From: Octopus vulgaris
Taxonomy: Eukaryota
Assembly: GCA_951406725.2 (NCBI GenBank)
Contig: OX597822.1
Span: 76,322,001 to 76,386,000, forward strand
DNA: 64,000 nt
Direction: 5' to 3'
Positions 38,973-50,803 of this stretch are shown here, in pieces. How positions within the stretch are numbered: the first letter of the stretch is position 1; each line of letters starts with the position of its first letter. The position numbers and the translations under genes were made by a program. Below the pieces are notes generated by a model. That model saw only the letters and a list, made by a program, of their open reading frames with translations. It searched no databases and was not told the origin of the DNA.

Positions 38973-41900
38973 TCTAATGTTTATTTATCGACAATGCCGT
39001 CCCCAGTCAAATTCCCTCACACCGCTTATTGTCACGTGTCCCTTGACCTCTCTCTCTAACTAACCCTATCTCTCTCTCGCTATGTCCCCCCTTCCCATAA
39101 CCATCATCGCCATGGTCCTCTATGCCCCCCCCTCCCCAAAACCATCATCGCCATACATAAAGGAGCGATCGCATTTATCGTTAACCCCACTCGCTTCAAA
39201 ATATCTAAAGAATACGCACAGATCATGAATGGCTAAAAGTTAAGTGAATCGTCCAACCTCGCTACGACTACCTTCTTTCTTGCACTTATCCTTATTCTTT
39301 CTCTATTCTTCAATTTCCATCTCATTGTATTGTCCCTCATTCTTTCAGTATTCCCTCATTACCCTGTCTAGCTCAAACATTTTTTTTTCGTTTAGACTTG
39401 TCTCCAGGTTCATAGCCACTCTGATTTTTCAATTTTTCAATTTTTCAATTTTTCGTTTAGTATTGTCTCCCGATTCATACAAACCCATTTGCTAGCTCAC
39501 GATTAACAGAACCTCTTTACTCAGCTACGGTGTTATATTAGCTATCAATAATGATATTCCCTCTGATTTTTCTGATTTTCAAACCTATTTATCTAATGTT
39601 TATTTATCGACAATGCCGTCCCCAGTCAAATTCCCTCACACCGCTTATTGTCACGTGTCCCTTGACCTCTCTCTCTAACTAACCCTATCTCTCTCTCGCT
39701 ATGTCCCCCCTTCCCATAACCATCATCGCCATGGTCCTCTATGCCCCCCCCCTCCCCAAAACCATCATCGCCATACATAAAGGAGCGATCGCATTTATCG
39801 TTAACCCCACTCGCTTCAAAATATCTAAAGAATACGCACAGATCATGAATGGCTAAAAGTTAAGTGAATCGTCCAACCTCGCTACGACTACCTTCTTTCT
39901 TGCACTTATCCTTATTCTTTCTCTATTCTTCAATTTCCATCTCATTGTATTGTCCCTCATTCTTTCAGTATTCCCTCATTACCCTGTCTAGCTCAAACAT
40001 TTTTTTTCGTTTAGACTTGTCTCCAGGTTCATAGCCACTCTGATTTTTCAATTTTTCAATTTTTCGTTTAGTATTGTCTCCCGATTCATACAAACCCATT
40101 TGCTAGCTCACGATTAACAGAACCTCTTTACTCAGCTACGGTGTTATATTAGCTATCAATAATGATATTCCCTCTGATTTTTCTGATTTTCAAACCTATT
40201 TATCTAATGTTTATTTATCGACAATGCCGTCCCCAGTCAAATTCCCTCACACCGCTTATTGTCACGTGTCCCTTGACCTCTCTCTCTAACTAACCCTATC
40301 TCTCTCTCGCTATGTCCCCCCTTCCCATAACCATCATCGCCATGGTCCTCTATGCCCCCCCTCCCCAAAACCATCATCGCCATACATAAAGGAGCGATCG
40401 CATTTATCGTTAACCCCACTCGCTTCAAAATATCTAAAGAATACGCACAGATCATGAATGGCTAAAAGTTAAGTGAATCGTCCAACCTCGCTACGACTAC
40501 CTTCTTTCTTGCACTTATCCTTATTCTTTCTCTATTCTTCAATTTCCATCTCATTGTATTGTCCCTCATTCTTTCAGTATTCCCTCATTACCCTGTCTAG
40601 CTCAAACATTTTTTTTCGTTTAGACTTGTCTCCAGGTTCATAGCCACTCTGATTTTTCAATTTTTCAATTTTTCAATTTTTCGTTTAGTATTGTCTCCCG
40701 ATTCATACAAACCCATTTGCTAGCTCACGATTAACAGAACCTCTTTACTCAGCTACGGTGTTATATTAGCTATCAATAATGATATTCCCTCTGATTTTTC
40801 TGATTTTCAAACCTATTTATCTAATGTTTATTTATCGACAATGCCGTCCCCAGTCAAATTCCCTCACACCGCTTATTGTCACGTGTCCCTTGACCTCTCT
40901 CTCTAACTAACCCTATCTCTCTCTCGCTATGTCCCCCCTTCCCATAACCATCATCGCCATGGTCCTCTATGCCCCCCCTCCCCAAAACCATCATCGCCAT
41001 ACATAAAGGAGCGATCGCATTTATCGTTAACCCCACTCGCTTCAAAATATCTAAAGAATACGCACAGATCATGAATGGCTAAAAGTTAAGTGAATCGTCC
41101 AACCTCGCTACGACTACCTTCTTTCTTGCACTTATCCTTATTCTTTCTCTATTCTTCAATTTCCATCTCATTGTATTGTCCCTCATTCTTTCAGTATTCC
41201 CTCATTACCCTGTCTAGCTCAAACATTTTTTTTCGTTTAGACTTGTCTCCAGGTTCATAGCCACTCTGATTTTTCAATTTTTCAATTTTTCAATTTTTCG
41301 TTTAGTATTGTCTCCCGATTCATACAAACCCATTTGCTAGCTCACGATTAACAGAACCTCTTTACTCAGCTACGGTGTTATATTAGCTATCAATAATGAT
41401 ATTCCCTCTGATTTTTCTGATTTTCAAACCTATTTATCTAATGTTTATTTATCGACAATGCCGTCCCCAGTCAAATTCCCTCACACCGCTTATTGTCACG
41501 TGTCCCTTGACCTCTCTCTCTAACTAACCCTATCTCTCTCTCGCTATGTCCCCCCTTCCCATAACCATCATCGCCATGGTCCTCTATGCCCCCCCTCCCC
41601 AAAACCATCATCGCCATACATAAAGGAGCGATCGCATTTATCGTTAACCCCACTCGCTTCAAAATATCTAAAGAATACGCACAGATCATGAATGGCTAAA
41701 AGTTAAGTGAATCGTCCAACCTCGCTACGACTACCTTCTTTCTTGCACTTATCCTTATTCTTTCTCTATTCTTCAATTTCCATCTCATTGTATTGTCCCT
41801 CATTCTTTCAGTATTCCCTCATTACCCTGTCTAGCTCAAACATTTTTTTTCGTTTAGACTTGTCTCCAGGTTCATAGCCACTCTGATTTTTCAATTTTTC

Positions 41901-44900
41901 AATTTTTCAATTTTTCGTTTAGTATTGTCTCCCGATTCATACAAACCCATTTGCTAGCTCACGATTAACAGAACCTCTTTACTCAGCTACGGTGTTATAT
42001 TAGCTATCAATAATGATATTCCCTCTGATTTTTCTGATTTTCAAACCTATTTATCTAATGTTTATTTATCGACAATGCCGTCCCCAGTCAAATTCCCTCA
42101 CACCGCTTATTGTCACGTGTCCCTTGACCTCTCTCTCTAACTAACCCTATCTCTCTCTCGCTATGTCCCCCCTTCCCATAACCATCATCGCCATGGTCCT
42201 CTATGCCCCCCTCCCCAAAACCATCATCGCCATACATAAAGGAGCGATCGCATTTATCGTTAACCCCACTCGCTTCAAAATATCTAAAGAATACGCACAG
42301 ATCATGAATGGCTAAAAGTTAAGTGAATCGTCCAACCTCGCTACGACTACCTTCTTTCTTGCACTTATCCTTATTCTTTCTCTATTCTTCAATTTCCATC
42401 TCATTGTATTGTCCCTCATTCTTTCAGTATTCCCTCATTACCCTGTCTAGCTCAAACATTTTTTTTTCGTTTAGACTTGTCTCCAGGTTCATAGCCACTC
42501 TGATTTTTCAATTTTTCAATTTTTCAATTTTTCGTTTAGTATTGTCTCCCGATTCATACAAACCCATTTGCTAGCTCACGATTAACAGAACCTCTTTACT
42601 CAGCTACGGTGTTATATTAGCTATCAATAATGATATTCCCTCTGATTTTTCTGATTTTCAAACCTATTTATCTAATGTTTATTTATCGACAATGCCGTCC
42701 CCAGTCAAATTCCCTCACACCGCTTATTGTCACGTGTCCCTTGACCTCTCTCTCTAACTAACCCTATCTCTCTCTCGCTATGTCCCCCCTTCCCATAACC
42801 ATCATCGCCATGGTCCTCTATGCCCCCCCTCCCCAAAACCATCATCGCCATACATAAAGGAGCGATCGCATTTATCGTTAACCCCACTCGCTTCAAAATA
42901 TCTAAAGAATACGCACAGATCATGAATGGCTAAAAGTTAAGTGAATCGTCCAACCTCGCTACGACTACCTTCTTTCTTGCACTTATCCTTATTCTTTCTC
43001 TATTCTTCAATTTCCATCTCATTGTATTGTCCCTCATTCTTTCAGTATTCCCTCATTACCCTGTCTAGCTCAAACATTTTTTTTCGTTTAGACTTGTCTC
43101 CAGGTTCATAGCCACTCTGATTTTTCAATTTTTCAATTTTTCAATTTTTCGTTTAGTATTGTCTCCCGATTCATACAAACCCATTTGCTAGCTCACGATT
43201 AACAGAACCTCTTTACTCAGCTACGGTGTTATATTAGCTATCAATAATGATATTCCCTCTGATTTTTCTGATTTTCAAACCTATTTATCTAATGTTTATT
43301 TATCGACAATGCCGTCCCCAGTCAAATTCCCTCACACCGCTTATTGTCACGTGTCCCTTGACCTCTCTCTCTAACTAACCCTATCTCTCTCTCGCTATGT
43401 CCCCCCTTCCCATAACCATCATCGCCATGGTCCTCTATGCCCCCCCTCCCCAAAACCATCATCGCCATACATAAAGGAGCGATCGCATTTATCGTTAACC
43501 CCACTCGCTTCAAAATATCTAAAGAATACGCACAGATCATGAATGGCTAAAAGTTAAGTGAATCGTCCAACCTCGCTACGACTACCTTCTTTCTTGCACT
43601 TATCCTTATTCTTTCTCTATTCTTCAATTTCCATCTCATTGTATTGTCCCTCATTCTTTCAGTATTCCCTCATTACCCTGTCTAGCTCAAACATTTTTTT
43701 TCGTTTAGACTTGTCTCCAGGTTCATAGCCACTCTGATTTTTCAATTTTTCAATTTTTCAATTTTTCGTTTAGTATTGTCTCCCGATTCATACAAACCCA
43801 TTTGCTAGCTCACGATTAACAGAACCTCTTTACTCAGCTACGGTGTTATATTAGCTATCAATAATGATATTCCCTCTGATTTTTCTGATTTTCAAACCTA
43901 TTTATCTAATGTTTATTTATCGACAATGCCGTCCCCAGTCAAATTCCCTCACACCGCTTATTGTCACGTGTCCCTTGACCTCTCTCTCTAACTAACCCTA
44001 TCTCTCTCTCGCTATGTCCCCCCTTCCCATAACCATCATCGCCATGGTCCTCTATGCCCCCCCTCCCCAAAACCATCATCGCCATACATAAAGGAGCGAT
44101 CGCATTTATCGTTAACCCCACTCGCTTCAAAATATCTAAAGAATACGCACAGATCATGAATGGCTAAAAGTTAAGTGAATCGTCCAACCTCGCTACGACT
44201 ACCTTCTTTCTTGCACTTATCCTTATTCTTTCTCTATTCTTCAATTTCCATCTCATTGTATTGTCCCTCATTCTTTCAGTATTCCCTCATTACCCTGTCT
44301 AGCTCAAACATTTTTTTTTCGTTTAGACTTGTCTCCAGGTTCATAGCCACTCTGATTTTTCAATTTTTCAATTTTTCAATTTTTCGTTTAGTATTGTCTC
44401 CCGATTCATACAAACCCATTTGCTAGCTCACGATTAACAGAACCTCTTTACTCAGCTACGGTGTTATATTAGCTATCAATAATGATATTCCCTCTGATTT
44501 TTCTGATTTTCAAACCTATTTATCTAATGTTTATTTATCGACAATGCCGTCCCCAGTCAAATTCCCTCACACCGCTTATTGTCACGTGTCCCTTGACCTC
44601 TCTCTCTAACTAACCCTATCTCTCTCTCGCTATGTCCCCCCTTCCCATAACCATCATCGCCATGGTCCTCTATGCCCCCCCCTCCCCAAAACCATCATCG
44701 CCATACATAAAGGAGCGATCGCATTTATCGTTAACCCCACTCGCTTCAAAATATCTAAAGAATACGCACAGATCATGAATGGCTAAAAGTTAAGTGAATC
44801 GTCCAACCTCGCTACGACTACCTTCTTTCTTGCACTTATCCTTATTCTTTCTCTATTCTTCAATTTCCATCTCATTGTATTGTCCCTCATTCTTTCAGTA

Positions 44901-45083
44901 TTCCCTCATTACCCTGTCTAGCTCAAACATTTTTTTTTCGTTTAGACTTGTCTCCAGGTTCATAGCCACTCTGATTTTTCAATTTTTCAATTTTTCAATT
45001 TTTCAGTTTAGTATTGTCTCCCGATTCATACAAACCCATTTGCTAGCTCACGATTAACAGAACCTCTTTACTCAGCTACGGTG
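38973..45083 (+). repeat. Tandem array of ~9.9 near-identical ~617-bp monomers forming the 5' end of the RTE insertion
   Basis: Unit starts at 38973, 39592, 40203, 40820, 41437, 42054, 42671, 43288, 43905, 44523; differences are mostly homopolymer and TTTTTCAA copy number; last unit ends ...CTCAGCTACGGTG and runs into unique LINE 5' sequence. Confidence 0.97.
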
Positions 45084-45256
45084 CACCCGCCCTCCCACCC
45101 CCACCACGCATGCCGGAAGTTCCTATTTCTCTTCCATTCCGGGGTTGCTTCCCATGAAGACTGCAAATGCTCTCACCATCCCTACCCGTCCCTACCCCTA
45201 GTCTCGACCTATGTAAGGTAATGTTCATACAGTGCAAAATATGAAAGGCTAGCGTT

Positions 45257-48200
45257 ATGCAGGTTGTACTGAAGGCTACTTTACTACTTCATTTTTTGCA
45301 CATGAATTCTGCCAAATGCGAGCTTTCTTTTCAGGTACACGAAGCTACTGTCCACCGTCCCAGGGTCTCTAGAGCCCATGCCTTCCACACCCTCAGGGTT
45401 GGCACCCTCAACGTTGGCACTCTGAAAGGTAGGTCTGGTGAGATAGTCGAGATGCTTGAACGGAGATGTGTGGATATATGTTGCATGCAAGAAATAAGGT
45501 GGAGAGGAGGATCAGCTAGGTTCCTCACAGGCAAGGAACGCAGGTACAAGATTTTCTGGGCAGGGAACACTGACGGGGTTGGTGGCGTGGGTATACTTAT
45601 CGCTGAGAAATGGGTAGATAAAGTAATTGAGGTAATCAGAGTAAGTGACAGAATACTTAAGATTAGATTAGTGCTTCATCATAGTTTAGCAACCATTATA
45701 TCAGCCTATGCTCCTCAGTCGGGGCTACCCGATGGACAGAAAGACCGATTCTATGACACTCTACTGCAGACTACCTCATTGACGAACGACAGAGACCTTA
45801 TCTTTGTGGCTGGTGACTTCAATGGTCACGTTGGACGACATGCTGGGGGCTTCCACGGCGTACATGGAGGCTATGGCTATGGCTCCCGCAACGAGGAGGG
45901 AACCAGGCTGCTGGAGTTCTGCGATGCAAATAATCTTATGATTTGCAACACTAACTTCAGGAAACCTACCAGCCACCTAGTCACTTACCAATCGGGCCAA
46001 CATACCAGCCAAATTGACTACATCCTTACAAGGCAAAGGGAGAGATGGCTGCTTATAAATGCCAAAACCTTCCCAGGTGAAGAATGTACCCCACAACATA
46101 GACTGGTAGTTAGTGACTTTAGGATCAGGACTAGGAGGACAACCAGAAGACGACAAATATGGAGAAGAAGGATCTGGAAGCTTAAAGATCCTGCAAATGG
46201 ACAGAGATTTAGGGACATATTACTTGAAGCCTCTGACGAAGTAGAAGGGGATAGAGCATCACAGGGGGTAGAAGACAGCTGGACGTTTCTAAGGGACAAC
46301 CTGCTGAGAGCCACTGACCAGATCTGTGGCTGGTGCAAAGTCCCCTCTCGACCTAGAATAACGTGGTGGTGGAACAACATTGTAGACAGGGCTATTAGAG
46401 AAAAGAGACAGGCTTGGAAGGTCTGGAAAAATGGGGGTAGCAGGGAATTGTATCAGACTGCCAAAAGAGAAGCTAGGAGACAGGTTTATTTAGCCAGAGG
46501 GGAAGCAGATAAGAAAAAATTTGCCAATGTTCTGCGCCGTGAGGACCAAAAACTGGAGGTGTTTCGTGTTGCAAGACAGTGTGTGAGAGAGAATCGTGAT
46601 GTGGTAGGAGAGAAGTGTGTTCGCATGGAAGATGGTTCACTTGCGCTAAATGAGGATGCAAAGAGAGAGGTTTGGAGATGCCACTATGAAAGGTTGCTGA
46701 ATGAAGAAAATGAATGGGATAAAGAGAGTCTGCCGAATGTTGACCCAACAGAGGGACCAGCTATCCGAGTTGATAGTTCTGTGGTAGCTAAGGCAATTAG
46801 AAGCATGAAGACAGGGAAAGCCCCAGGCCCATCAGGAATCACTGCAGAGATGCTCAAAATGTCTGGTAGTGTTGGCTATAGCCTAGTCACCCATATAGTT
46901 AATCAGGTGATACACAAAGGGGTCATACCCAATGACTGGTGTAGCAGTATAATAGTCAACTGCTACAAAGGTAAAGGTGATGCCCTAGATACAAATAACT
47001 ACAGAGGTATCAAGCTGTTGGACCAGGTGATGAAGGTTACAGAGAGGGTCATAGCCCAACTAATTAGAGAGAGAGTTAGTTTAGATGAGATGCAGTTTGG
47101 GTTTGTGCCAGGGAAAAGTACTACTGATGCTATATTCCTGGTAAGGCAGCTGCAGGAGAAATACCTAGCCAAAGATAAGCCCCTGTACCTGGCTTTTGTT
47201 GACATGGAGAAAGCCTTCGACAGGGTCCCCCGATCCCTTATCTGGTGGGCAATGAGAAAACTAGGGATAGATGAATGGTTAGTGAGAGCTGTGCGGGCCA
47301 TGTATAGGGACGCCGCTAGTAGGGTGAGGGTTGGAAATGAGTACAGTGAAGAATTCCGGGTAGAGGTAGGGGTCCACCAAGGCTCAGTACTCAGCCCCCT
47401 CCTATTTATCATAGTCCTCCAGGCAATAACGGAGGAATTCAAGACAGGATGCCCTTGGGAGCTCCTCTATGCTGATGACCTTGCTCTAATTGCTGAGTCG
47501 CTATCAGAACTGGAGGAGAAGTTTCAGGTGTGGAAACAAGGATTAGAATCGAAGGGCCTTAGAGTCAATCTAGCTAAAACCAAAGTCGTAATCAGTAGGA
47601 AGGTTGACAAATCACAAACACCTTCAGGTAGATGGCCCTGCTCGATCTGTAGAAAAGGTGTAGGTAGAAACTCTATAAGATGCACCAAGTGTAAGCTATG
47701 GACACATAAGAGATGCAGCAATGTCAAAGGAAGGCTAACTAGGAAGATGGTTTTTGTATGTGGCAGATGCTCAGGAACAATAAACACTGAAAATGCTCTG
47801 AGACCAACTTCTGTCACTTTCCAGGGAGAAAAACTAGAAATAGTTGATAGTTTCCGTTACCTAGGTGACCAAGTCAGCAGCGGGGGCGGGTGTGCTGAAA
47901 GTGTAACTGCTAGAGTAAGAATAGCTTGGGCAAAGTTCAGAGAGCTCTTACCTCTGCTGGTGACAAAAGGCCTCTCGCACAGAGTGAAAGGCAGACTGTA
48001 TGATGCGTGTGTACGAACAGCCATGCTACATGGCAGTGAAACATGGGCCGTGACTGCTGAGGATATGCGTAAGCTCGCTAGAAATGAAGCCAGTATGCTC
48101 CGATGGATGTGTAATGTCAGTACTCACACTCGGCAGAGTGTAAGTACCTTGAGAGAAAAGCTGGACCTAAGAAGCATCAGTTGTGGTGTGCAAGAGAGAC

Positions 48201-48424
48201 GTTTGCGCTGGTATGGTCATGTGGCGAGAATGGATGAAGATAGTTGTGTGAAAAAGTGCCACGCCCTAGCGGTTGAGGGAACCTGTGGAAGAGGCAGACC
48301 CAGGAAAACCTGGGACGAGGTGGTGAAGCACGACCTTCGAACTTTAGGTCTCACTGAGGAAATGACTAGAGACCGAGACCTCTGGAAGTGTGCTGTGCGC
48401 GAGAAGACCCGGCAGGACAAGTGA
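45257..48424 (+). CDS. RTE LINE protein, 1055 aa: AP-endonuclease + reverse transcriptase with PHD-like finger
   Basis: EN motifs TLNVGTL, MQEIRW, SAYAPQ, GDFNGH, IDYIL, PQHRLV; RT motifs KAPGPSG, NYRGIKLL, QFGF, DMEKAFDRVP, GVHQGSVLSPLLF, YADD, FRYLG; RTE-type RRLRWYGHV and GRGRPRKTW C-terminus. True start uncertain. Confidence 0.97.
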   Translation: MQVVLKATLLLHFLHMNSAKCELSFQVHEATVHRPRVSRAHAFHTLRVGTLNVGTLKGRSGEIVEMLERRCVDICCMQEIRWRGGSARFLTGKERRYKIFWAGNTDGVGGVGILIAEKWVDKVIEVIRVSDRILKIRLVLHHSLATIISAYAPQSGLPDGQKDRFYDTLLQTTSLTNDRDLIFVAGDFNGHVGRHAGGFHGVHGGYGYGSRNEEGTRLLEFCDANNLMICNTNFRKPTSHLVTYQSGQHTSQIDYILTRQRERWLLINAKTFPGEECTPQHRLVVSDFRIRTRRTTRRRQIWRRRIWKLKDPANGQRFRDILLEASDEVEGDRASQGVEDSWTFLRDNLLRATDQICGWCKVPSRPRITWWWNNIVDRAIREKRQAWKVWKNGGSRELYQTAKREARRQVYLARGEADKKKFANVLRREDQKLEVFRVARQCVRENRDVVGEKCVRMEDGSLALNEDAKREVWRCHYERLLNEENEWDKESLPNVDPTEGPAIRVDSSVVAKAIRSMKTGKAPGPSGITAEMLKMSGSVGYSLVTHIVNQVIHKGVIPNDWCSSIIVNCYKGKGDALDTNNYRGIKLLDQVMKVTERVIAQLIRERVSLDEMQFGFVPGKSTTDAIFLVRQLQEKYLAKDKPLYLAFVDMEKAFDRVPRSLIWWAMRKLGIDEWLVRAVRAMYRDAASRVRVGNEYSEEFRVEVGVHQGSVLSPLLFIIVLQAITEEFKTGCPWELLYADDLALIAESLSELEEKFQVWKQGLESKGLRVNLAKTKVVISRKVDKSQTPSGRWPCSICRKGVGRNSIRCTKCKLWTHKRCSNVKGRLTRKMVFVCGRCSGTINTENALRPTSVTFQGEKLEIVDSFRYLGDQVSSGGGCAESVTARVRIAWAKFRELLPLLVTKGLSHRVKGRLYDACVRTAMLHGSETWAVTAEDMRKLARNEASMLRWMCNVSTHTRQSVSTLREKLDLRSISCGVQERRLRWYGHVARMDEDSCVKKCHALAVEGTCGRGRPRKTWDEVVKHDLRTLGLTEEMTRDRDLWKCAVREKTRQDK

Positions 48425-48496
48425 GTCCACAACCCGTGGCCTTCTACATGGGATGGAGCCAGCCTACGTATGCATACCTTCCCTTCTTGGGACACA

Positions 48497-48703
48497 AAAC
48501 TCTACTTGTGAAGACGTGTTGAGGCAAGTGAGGATCAGAATCGAAATCGATCAATGGAAATTGCGGATGTGCTACCAGTGCCGGTGGCATGTCGAAACTC
48601 TGCTTGTGAAGACCCATTGAGGCAAGTGAGGATCAGAATCGAAATCGATCAATGGAAATCGATCAATGGAAATTGCAGATGTGTTACCAGTGCCGGTGGC
48701 ATG
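48497..48703 (+). repeat. Two ~100-bp tandem copies in the LINE 3' UTR
   Basis: AAACTCT(A/G)CTTGTGAAGAC...GAGGCAAGTGAGGATCAGAATCGAAATCGATCAATGGAAAT...CCAGTGCCGGTGGCATGT occurs twice. Confidence 0.9.
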
Positions 48704-49067
48704 TAAGAGAACTTTCCGTTTCGCGACCGTTGCCAGCACCGCCCCGTTTCGTGTCCGTTGCCAGCCTCGCCTGGCCCTCGTGCCGGTGGCACATAAAAAG
48801 CACCATCCGTTCGTGGCCGTTTGCCAGCTCTGTCTGGCACCAGTGCGGGTGGCACGTAAAAAGCACCCACTACACTCACGGAGTGGTTGGCGTTAGGAAG
48901 GGCATCCAGCCGTAGAAACACTGCCAGATTTGACTGGGCCTGATGAAGCCTTCTGGCTTCACAGACCCCAGCAGAACCGTCCAACCCATGCTAGCATGGA
49001 AAACGGACGCTAAATGATGATGATGATGATGATGATATATATGCATATATGTATATGCGTGTATGCA

Positions 49068-49104
<37 letters not shown>

Positions 49105-49539
49105 CCATACATACATGAAAATAGGTGTATATGTATGTTTGTATATACTTTTATTAAAATTCCAAAATTTTTGACAAAATGCTACTCAAGCTTTCATCTT
49201 TCTGTTCATCAGACAGTATGAGCACAACTGTCTGACAAATGAGAATGTGAAGCTCTGTGTAATATGAGGAGTTATTTTCAAAAAGGAAGCAAATATCCCA
49301 GAAACAGCTGTAAGACTAACTTTCTCTTTATAAATGTTCTGATAACTCCATGGTTTTGTTGTCTCATTTTATTTAACATATACACGCTCACACAAGACCC
49401 ACTCCTCACTTGTATCATTATCAAACCAAAAGCTTAACTACAGTCCTTCCATACCACTTACATAGGCTTACCTGCCACCTTGGGTTTTCTGAATTCCAAT
49501 ACCTCTCATATATATATATATATATATATACTCTCTCTC

Positions 49540-49945
49540 TCTTTTACTCTTTTACTTGTTTCAGTCATTTGACTGTGGCCATGCTGGAGCACCACCTTTA
49601 ATCGAGCAAATCGACCCCAGGATTTATTCTTTGTAAGCCCAGTACTTATTCTATCGGTCTCTTTCGCCGAACCGCTAAGTTACAGTGACGTAAACATACC
49701 AGCATCAGTTGTCAAGTGATGTTGGGGGGACAAACACAGACACACAAACATACACACACACACATATATATATATACATATATACGATGGGCTTCTTTCA
49801 GTTTCCGTCTACCAAATCCACTCATAAGGCTTTGGTCGGCCCGAGGCTATAGTAGAAGACACTTGCCCAAGGTGCCATGCAGTGGGACTGAACCCAGAAC
49901 CATGTGGTTGGTAAACAAGCTACTTACCACACAGCCACTCCTATG

Positions 49946-49950
<5 letters not shown>
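49540..49950 (-). mobile_element. SINE family B
   Basis: Same architecture as 10505-10976. Confidence 0.85.
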
Positions 49951-50000
<50 letters not shown>

Positions 50001-50320
50001 ACAGAACTGGTAAGCTGGAGAACTGCACCAGGTTCCAATGCGATTGAGCATGGTTTCTATGAGTGGATGCCCTTCCTAATGCCAATCATTCTGAGAGTGT
50101 AATGGGTGCTTTTTACATGCCAGCACATGGGTGCCAGTTATGTGACATCAGGGTCAACCATGAATATGATCTCACCTGGCTTGACAGGTCTTCTCAAGCA
50201 CAACATATCGTCAAAGGTCTCGGTCTCTTGTCATTGCTTCCATGAGGCAATGTATATATACATGTATGTATGAGTGTGTGTGTGTAGAAGGTTGAAAAGT
50301 AACATATACATTGATATGTA

Positions 50321-50591
50321 TAAGGAAAATAAGACAAGGTAGAAAATGCTAAAATAATTTTATCATGAAATACGTTTTGTAACGGTTATATATACAACAG
50401 GCTTCTTTCAATGTATGCCTGCCTGATCCATCCATGAGGCTTTGGCCAAGCTGGGCCTTGGGCAAGCCAAAGCCTCATGGATGGATTGGGTAGACATAAA
50501 TTGAAAGAAGCTTGTCATATATATGACAGTTACAAAATGTATTTCATGATAAAATTATTTTAGCATTTTCTACCTTGTCTTATTTTCCTTA
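50321..50591. repeat. Long fold-back palindrome (~125-bp arms)
   Basis: TAAGGAAAATAAGACAAGGTAGAAAATGCTAAAATAATTTTATCATGAAATAC...ATCCATCCATGAGGCTTTGGC mirrored by GCCAAAGCCTCATGGATGGAT...GTATTTCATGATAAAATTATTTTAGCATTTTCTACCTTGTCTTATTTTCCTTA. Confidence 0.9.
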
Positions 50592-50694
50592 CACACACAC
50601 ACACACTCTCATTCAAGGTGGGGACAACTACCAACATTCCCATGTGGCAGTCTTGATAATTGCTGAAAAACTTATGTTTGTCTGTCTGTCTGTA

Positions 50695-50803
<109 letters not shown>

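Larger units (their letters stand above)
38973..49034 (+). mobile_element. Apparently full-length, young RTE-clade LINE (5' monomer array + ORF + 3' UTR + (TGA)n tail)
   Basis: Intact ORF, (TGA)n tail at 49014-49034, candidate TSD ATATATATGCATAT at 38959-38972 and 49035-49048 (low complexity). Confidence 0.8.

Noticed and set aside
39244-45057. Repeated 72-aa (-) and 83-aa (+) ORFs in the 617-bp monomer as an ORF1 or peptide array
   Set aside because: Their presence flips with homopolymer length between otherwise identical units, they begin at non-ATG starts, and there is no recognisable motif.
45284-48984. Short antisense or overlapping ORFs within the LINE
   Set aside because: Expected shadow ORFs of a long coding sequence and its repetitive 3' UTR.
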